A DNA stretch of 25,844 nucleotides from Kofleriaceae bacterium (GTDB lineage: Bacteria > Myxococcota_A > Polyangia > Haliangiales > Haliangiaceae), in contig JBKJLC010000061.1 in assembly GCA_046597055.1 (NCBI GenBank), positions 1 to 25,844 of the forward strand, read 5' to 3'. The position numbers and the translations under genes were made by a program. Of the stretch, positions 20,880-25,844 are shown piece by piece. Below the pieces are notes generated by a model. That model was not told the origin of the DNA. It did not search any database and was given only the letters and a program-made list of their open reading frames with translations. Position 1 is the first letter of the stretch; each line of letters starts with the position of its first letter.

Positions 20880-21715
20880 CCAAGCTCGTCGGCGGCGATG
20901 GCCGCACGCACATCCAGTCACGCCTCATGCGCGAGTCACTCCAGGACAAGCGGGTCCTGGCCGGCACCACCTCCGAACGCGATCTCCAGATCATGCCCGA
21001 CGCGGTGCTGGTCGGCATCGGCGGCCAGAGCATCTTCGATCGCGGCAAGGAGGCGATCCTGCCCCTGGTCGAGGAGATCGCCGCGATCAAGAGCGAGGTC
21101 AAGATGGTGCTCGCGGTCGGCGGCGGCACCCGCGTGCGCCACACGATGTCGATCGCGCTCGACCTCGGCCTGCCGGTCGGCGGGGTCGCCCAGCTGATCG
21201 GCGCGATGGAGGAGCTCAACGCGATCCTCCTCAACGCGCTGCTCGCCAAGCACGGCTCGATGCCGATGCAGCGCGATCACTTCTGGGACCTCCCCCTCTA
21301 CTTCGCCTCGGGTATCCTGCCGATCGCGATCTCGATCCCGCCCTATCACTTCTGGGAGCCGCCGCCGGCCGACGGCTGCCTGCCGATGCACGGCAGCGAC
21401 TTCGGCCTGTTCCAGCTCGCCGAGGTGCTGTCGATGAAGCAGCTGATCTTCGTGAAGGATCAGGACGGCCTCTACGACAAGGACCCTGCGGTCCACGCCG
21501 ACGCTCGCCACATCCCGCGCATCACGCTCGACGAGCTGCTGAAGGCCAAGCTGCCGACCAACATCCTCGACGAAGAGCTGTTCCGGGCCTGGTCGACCGC
21601 CAAGAACCTGTCGCGCGTGCAGATCGTCAACGGCCTCGTGCCCGGCATGCTGTCCCGCGCGCTCCGCGGCGAGGACGTCGGCACCGTGATCACCAAGGAG
21701 CCCGCCCGTGGCTGA
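20876..21715 (+). CDS. mosA: Molybdenum storage protein alpha-like subunit (amino acid kinase/UMP kinase fold)
   Basis: ATG overlaps the upstream TGA (ATGA). N-arm HIQSRLMRESLQDK, IGGQSIFDRGKEAILPLVEE, LDLGLPVG, PPYH, VQIVNGLVPG.L.RALRGE.VGT match MoSto subunits as I recall them. Confidence 0.75.
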   Translation: MTKLVGGDGRTHIQSRLMRESLQDKRVLAGTTSERDLQIMPDAVLVGIGGQSIFDRGKEAILPLVEEIAAIKSEVKMVLAVGGGTRVRHTMSIALDLGLPVGGVAQLIGAMEELNAILLNALLAKHGSMPMQRDHFWDLPLYFASGILPIAISIPPYHFWEPPPADGCLPMHGSDFGLFQLAEVLSMKQLIFVKDQDGLYDKDPAVHADARHIPRITLDELLKAKLPTNILDEELFRAWSTAKNLSRVQIVNGLVPGMLSRALRGEDVGTVITKEPARG

Positions 21716-22511
21716 GCGTCGAGTCCTCGAGTCCTCCCTCGCCCACACCGCGCTGACCGGGTCCAGCGATCCCCACTTCGACTACCAGCCGATCGCGCTC
21801 ATGCCCGACGTGCGGGTGGTCAAGATCGGCGGCCAGAGCGTCATGGACCGCGGCCGCGCCGCGCTGTTCCCGATCCTCGACGAGCTCGTGATGGCCCGCA
21901 AGGAGGGCATCCCGGTCGTGATCCTGGTCGGCGGCGGCACCCGCGCGCGCCACATCTACTCGATCGCCAGCGAGCTCGAGATGCCGGTCGGCATCATGGC
22001 CACCCTGGGCAAGTACATCCCCATGCAGAACGCGCGCATGGTGCAGATGCTGCTCGCCAAGCACGGCGGCATCTACATCCTGCCCGACGACTTCGAGAAG
22101 CTGCCGCTGTACCTGCAGATGGGCGGCATCCCGGTCATGAGCGGCATGCCGCCGTTCGGCTACTGGGAGAAGCGCGAGGAGGGCAGCCGGATCCCGCCCC
22201 ACCGCACCGACGCCGGCGTGTTTCTGTCGGCCGAGTTCCTGGGCGCGCGCCGCGCGATCTTCATCAAGGACGAGGACGGCCTCTACACCGACGATCCCAA
22301 GAAGAACAAGGCGGCGACCCACATCCCGCGGATCTCGATCGACGAGCTGGTCGCCCGCGACCTGCCCGATCTGGTGCTCGAGCGGGTCGTGTGCGAGTAC
22401 CTGCCGCGGAGCCGCTTCTGCAAGGAAGTCCAGGTCGTCAACGGCCTGCGCCCGGGCCAGGTCCTCGAGGCCCTGCGCGGCGGCGACAACGGCACCATCA
22501 TCCACGCCTGA
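21708..22511 (+). CDS. mosB: Molybdenum storage protein beta-like subunit
   Basis: VKIGGQSVMDRGRAALFP..DE, GTRARHIYSIA, QNA.M...LLAKHG, SGMPP, IPPHRTDAG.FL.AE, KDEDGLYT.DPK, EVQVVNGL; AAGGAG RBS; 8-nt overlap with the previous gene. Confidence 0.8.
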   Translation: MAERRVLESSLAHTALTGSSDPHFDYQPIALMPDVRVVKIGGQSVMDRGRAALFPILDELVMARKEGIPVVILVGGGTRARHIYSIASELEMPVGIMATLGKYIPMQNARMVQMLLAKHGGIYILPDDFEKLPLYLQMGGIPVMSGMPPFGYWEKREEGSRIPPHRTDAGVFLSAEFLGARRAIFIKDEDGLYTDDPKKNKAATHIPRISIDELVARDLPDLVLERVVCEYLPRSRFCKEVQVVNGLRPGQVLEALRGGDNGTIIHA

Positions 22512-22550
22512 CCCCACCTGCCCGGCGGCGACGACGGGCTGGTGACGACG

Positions 22551-22580
22551 AAAAAAGGTGCGAGTCCTGCGACTCGCACC
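22551..22580 (-). terminator. Rho-independent terminator (possibly bidirectional)
   Basis: 10-bp perfect stem GGTGCGAGTC / GACTCGCACC, 4-nt loop, T6 tail on the minus strand; between convergent genes. Confidence 0.85.
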
Positions 22581-22632
22581 CTTCTGACGGTCACCCGGAT
22601 GGCGTGAGCCGAGGCCTCACGCCGGCGTGCGC

Positions 22633-23700
22633 TCAGCGCACCATTGTGAGCGACAGCGACACGCCGTTGTCACGGCCGACCAGCTTGGTCGCGGTGCCCT
22701 TGCCCTGCGCGACGAAGTCGGCGGTGGCGCCGAGGCGCGACGCGGTGGTGTAGACGAGGTGCAGGCTGGTGCCGTCCTCGGCCAGGCTGTAAGTGCCCTC
22801 GAACGCCGGGATCTTGGCGAGGCACGGCGGGGTCTGGAACGCGCACGCGGGCCGCTCGAACGAGGTGAAGGTGTTGTCGGCGTTGAACTGGTAGACGAAC
22901 TGCGAGCTGCTCGACGACCGGCGGTAGCGCCACTCGCCGACCAGTTCGAGCTTGCGCGCGAAGGCCACGAAGAACTGCGTCGCGCGAAGCACGACCGAGC
23001 CGCGCTGCGCCGTGATGTTGCCGGTCACCAGGATCTTGCTGGTGAACGCGTCGTTCATCGCGTTCTCGACCGCGGTGGTGCTGACGTGCTCGACGCCGTC
23101 GAGGAACAGGTCGGTGATGTTGGCGCTGGTGGTCGAGTTGAGGTTGGCGGTGCGCAGCGTGGGGCACGGCAGCTGGACGCAGCGAATCCCGCTGTCGCGC
23201 ACGGCGAAGAACGTGCCGGTCGGCGCGCTGCCGGTCGCGGAGTCCCACGCCTCGGTCACCTTCAGCACGCCGAGGTTGCCGAACCCGTTGTAGTTCTTGG
23301 GGGCGATCGAGCCGCGCACGACGAGGGCGCCACCGGCAAGGCGGTCGGCCAGGTAGCTGGTCTCGTTCACGGTCGCGTTGAGCGCCGAGAAGGTGGCGGT
23401 CGGCACGTAGCACTCGCTGCGATTCGCGCCGTCGACGCACCGCGTGGTGGCCTGGTTCACGCGCTTCACCCAGATGCCGCCACAGCGCGGCGACAGGCAC
23501 TCGCGGAAGTCGCGGCGCGCCATGAAGTAGGTCGATACCGTGCCGATGCCGTCGGCCTTGTCGTCGGCCGCGAGGTCGTCGCCTTCGGCGGCGGCAAGCG
23601 CGTCGTCGTCACTGATGGAGTCATCGACGCAGCCAGTCGCCATCGAGGCGGCGAGCGAGGCGATCAGGGCGTACACGAGCTGGTTGCTCTGGATTCTCAC
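22633..23700 (-). CDS. Lipoprotein, DUF6748-like
   Basis: GGAG precedes GTG at 23700; lipobox ATGC; DDKADG; RRDFRECLSPRCGG.WVKRVN...TRC.DG...ECYV; DSGIRCVQLPCP; C-terminal CAFQTPPCL. Confidence 0.7.
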   Translation of the reverse strand: MRIQSNQLVYALIASLAASMATGCVDDSISDDDALAAAEGDDLAADDKADGIGTVSTYFMARRDFRECLSPRCGGIWVKRVNQATTRCVDGANRSECYVPTATFSALNATVNETSYLADRLAGGALVVRGSIAPKNYNGFGNLGVLKVTEAWDSATGSAPTGTFFAVRDSGIRCVQLPCPTLRTANLNSTTSANITDLFLDGVEHVSTTAVENAMNDAFTSKILVTGNITAQRGSVVLRATQFFVAFARKLELVGEWRYRRSSSSSQFVYQFNADNTFTSFERPACAFQTPPCLAKIPAFEGTYSLAEDGTSLHLVYTTASRLGATADFVAQGKGTATKLVGRDNGVSLSLTMVR

Positions 23701-23760
23701 GGGGGCTCCGAACGAGATGAGGAAACGGGGGGACAATGGGAGGAAGCAATCGGACCCCCG

Positions 23761-23776
23761 AGCAAGCTCCATGCCG
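23761..23776 (-). promoter_or_regulatory. sigma54 (-24/-12) promoter
   Basis: Minus strand CGGCATG-GAGC-TTGCT, exact spacing, 60 nt upstream of the GTG at 23700. Confidence 0.7.
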
Positions 23777-24309
23777 TCCGTTTCGAGCGTGTCGGCGCGG
23801 TGACGCCAGGCAGATACGAGATATGTCGGTGTCGCCACCACCGACACCTGGCGGCCAGAGTATTCAGTAGTTGCGCTATCTGCGCACCGCGGGGCGCCCC
23901 AGCGAGCGCCTCGACCGACCGCGCGACGACCTGCGGCGGACGCCCGCGAACAGGTCGGCCGATGCGTGGCGGCGCGGCGATCGCCGCGCGTCACCAGCGG
24001 CGAGGCTGCCCGAGCCCGCGCCCCACGTACGCGCGCGCCGGTGGTGACCGCGGCTGTGGCGGCCCCGAGCCCGCGCACGACCCGTGGTGCGCGACCTGTT
24101 CGTCAGCGGCCGCGCGACCCGCCGGCCGCCGCGCAGGGCGGCCCTGGCCGAGGTCGCCGAGACATCCCGGCCTGCCGTACGACGTGGTCACCGTCGCCGA
24201 TCGCGTTGGCCATCGCCCCGGTCACACCGAGGCCCAACGAACACCCGCCCTCCCGTCGCGGCTCGCCCCACGACCTTCGCCCCCCCGGCACCGCGCGGAC
24301 CGTTCGCTT

Positions 24310-24360
24310 CCGTTCGTCCTGAGCCCGAGCGAGCGAGAGCGAGCTCGGTGTCGAAGGACG
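24310..24360. repeat. REP-like extragenic stem-loop element
   Basis: CCGTTCGTCCTGAGC-[CCGAGC..GCTCGG hairpin]-TGTCGAAGGACG with outer stem CGTCCT/AGGACG, 22 nt past a stop codon. Single copy in this window. Confidence 0.55.
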
Positions 24361-24382
24361 CCGTGCCTCCGCGCGGGCCGGC

Positions 24383-25180
24383 TCACATCTCGTTGCCGCC
24401 GCCCTGCTTGGACGCGCCGGTGCCGGTTCCCGTGCCGGTGCCGCCCGGCTTCTCGGTCTTGCCCTTGCCGTTGCCGTCGCCGGAGTGGTTCCCACCGTGG
24501 TCGCCCTTGCCACCGCCGACGCCGCCGCCGCCGCCCGAGTCGTCGGTGCGCTGGATGTTGCCCTTCGACCACTCGGTGGTCTTCACGATCCGCGCGGCGA
24601 TCTCCTTCACGAGCACGTCGCGGGTCTGCCCGCCGACGGCCTCGATGCGCACCTTGCTACCGCCCTCGATGTCGGTCGCGCTGATCTTGGTGTCCTTCGT
24701 CGTGATCACCGGGCAGATGCCCATGCTGGCACCACCGGTGCCCTCGCCGGTGTGCTTGACGTCGGTGTCGGGCGCGCCCTGGACCTGGAGGAGGTGGGCG
24801 ACCCGCTTGCGGATCGTGTCGGTCGCCGCGGCGTCCTTCGCGATGATCGTGATGAAGACCTTGTCAGGCGCGTCGCGGTCCTCGAACAGCACCGTCTCGG
24901 CACCGGCGACGGCGCTGGGGCAGTTGCCAGCCTTGTTGTCCCCCGCGAGATTGCCGGGAGGCGGCGTCATCGCGGCGGTGCCCGCGGCGGTGCCAGCGGC
25001 CGTGCCAGTGCCAGCAGCGGTGCCGGCAGCGGCGCCGGCAGCGGTGCCGGCAGCAGTGCCGGCAGCAGTACCGACAGCCACGGCGGTGCCGGGTCCGGTC
25101 GGCTGCTCTTCCTTGTTCTTCTTCTTGCAGGCCGCGAGCGAGAGCGTCGCGGCAACCAGGATGATCGTGAGCTTACGCAT
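24383..25180 (-). CDS. Hypothetical lipoprotein with GTAA repeats and Gly-rich tail
   Basis: GGAGG RBS; lipobox LAAC; GTAA tandem linker; two Cys-Pro motifs (NCPSAV, ICPV); Gly/Thr-rich C-terminus. Confidence 0.8.
   Translation of the reverse strand: MRKLTIILVAATLSLAACKKKNKEEQPTGPGTAVAVGTAAGTAAGTAAGAAAGTAAGTGTAAGTAAGTAAMTPPPGNLAGDNKAGNCPSAVAGAETVLFEDRDAPDKVFITIIAKDAAATDTIRKRVAHLLQVQGAPDTDVKHTGEGTGGASMGICPVITTKDTKISATDIEGGSKVRIEAVGGQTRDVLVKEIAARIVKTTEWSKGNIQRTDDSGGGGGVGGGKGDHGGNHSGDGNGKGKTEKPGGTGTGTGTGASKQGGGNEM
24970..25071 (-). repeat. Imperfect 12-bp coding tandem repeat (Gly-Thr-Ala-Ala), about 8 units
   Basis: GTAAGTAAGTAAGAAAGTAAGTGTAAGTAAGTAA in the protein; GGCACCGCTGCC-like units in the DNA. 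Confidence 0.85.
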
Positions 25181-25220
25181 CGGGTGCCTCCGCCGGCGAT
25201 GCTACCGTAGCCCACACCCG

Positions 25221-25568
25221 ATGCGCGTCCTGGCCGTGCTTTTCGCGCTTCTCCTGGCCGTGCCCGCGGCCGCGGCCGACGTCCATGGAGTCCCCCTGCC
25301 CCGCGGCAGCCGGGCCCAGGCCGACCGCCACGCCTCCGGCCTCGGCTTTCGCGCGACGGTCGACTGGTACCGCCGGCAGTGGCGCACCGACGGCCTCCCC
25401 GTGCGCCTCCTCGGCCCCTACGGCGCCCGGGGCCTCGACATCGTCCGCTTCCTCCGCGAGGACCAGGCCGGCACCTGGCTGGCCGTCCACGTGTATCGGC
25501 TCGCCGGCAAGACCTGGATCTTCGTCGTGCCACGCCCTGGTCTTGACGCGGCCCCGCCGACCGAGTAG
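25221..25568 (+). CDS. Small secreted hypothetical protein (115 aa)
   Basis: ATG 25221, signal peptide MRVLAVLFALLLAVPAAAA; it is the codon-biased 3' part of ORF 24084..25568. Confidence 0.7.
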   Translation: MRVLAVLFALLLAVPAAAADVHGVPLPRGSRAQADRHASGLGFRATVDWYRRQWRTDGLPVRLLGPYGARGLDIVRFLREDQAGTWLAVHVYRLAGKTWIFVVPRPGLDAAPPTE

Positions 25569-25610
25569 AGAATCACCCCGCCGACACCCTCCTCGGGATC
25601 GGCCTGACAA

Positions 25611-25681
25611 TCGGGGATCGTCTAATGGCAGGACGCCAGCCTCTGGAGCTGGCTATCTAGGTTCGAATCCTAGTCCCCGAA
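25611..25681 (+). tRNA. tRNA-Gln(CTG), CCA not encoded
   Basis: Acceptor stem TCGGGGA/TCCCCGA, anticodon arm CCAGC-CT-CTG-GA-GCTGG, T arm CTAGG-TTCGAAT-CCTAG. Confidence 0.95.
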
Positions 25682-25770
25682 CGAAGGCGCCGAAAGGCAC
25701 CGAACAGCACCGGAACCGTTCAACCCTCTTGACGGTCCCAGCGCTTTCTGCGACAAGACCAGCCTTCCAC

Positions 25771-25842
<72 letters not shown>

Positions 25843-25844
25843 CT

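Noticed and set aside
20876..22511. Calling the two AAK-fold genes uridylate kinase (pyrH)
   Set aside because: Tandem paralogues with MoSto-type motifs (IGGQS..DRG, PP.RTDAG, VQVVNGL.PG) and no tsf/frr context.
24970..25071. Tandem repeats as a possible CRISPR array
   Set aside because: 12-bp in-frame coding repeats without spacers; no cas genes in the window.

Overview
Very GC-rich bacterial chromosomal segment, most likely from a myxobacterium (Myxococcota): it has two MYXO-CTERM-type C-terminal sorting signals, several lipoproteins and four sigma54-type promoters. From left to right it encodes: a partial small 'NQGEG' protein, a topoisomerase IB C-terminal remnant, a GcvR-like ACT protein, an M36/PA metallopeptidase, a CxxCH micro-ORF remnant, a TPR membrane protein, a VTC (polyphosphate polymerase domain)/DUF4956 pair with Pho-box-like repeats, a stand-alone LeuA-allosteric-like domain, a UDG-family protein, argE plus a kinase-degenerate AAK-NAT (NAGS-like) protein, a MYXO-CTERM protein plus di-heme-motif lipoprotein pair, further lipoproteins, GlnRS with a GatB/Yqey tail, and tRNA-Gln(CTG) and tRNA-Glu(CTC) at the right edge. 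The most striking locus is 19623-22511. There an apparent ECF-transporter T+S component fusion with a 28-Gly linker is translationally coupled to a MosA/MosB-like (molybdenum storage protein) pair, and no ECF ATPase gene lies in the window. It is a candidate undescribed oxyanion uptake-and-storage module. All family assignments come from motif recognition by eye; no database searches were run.
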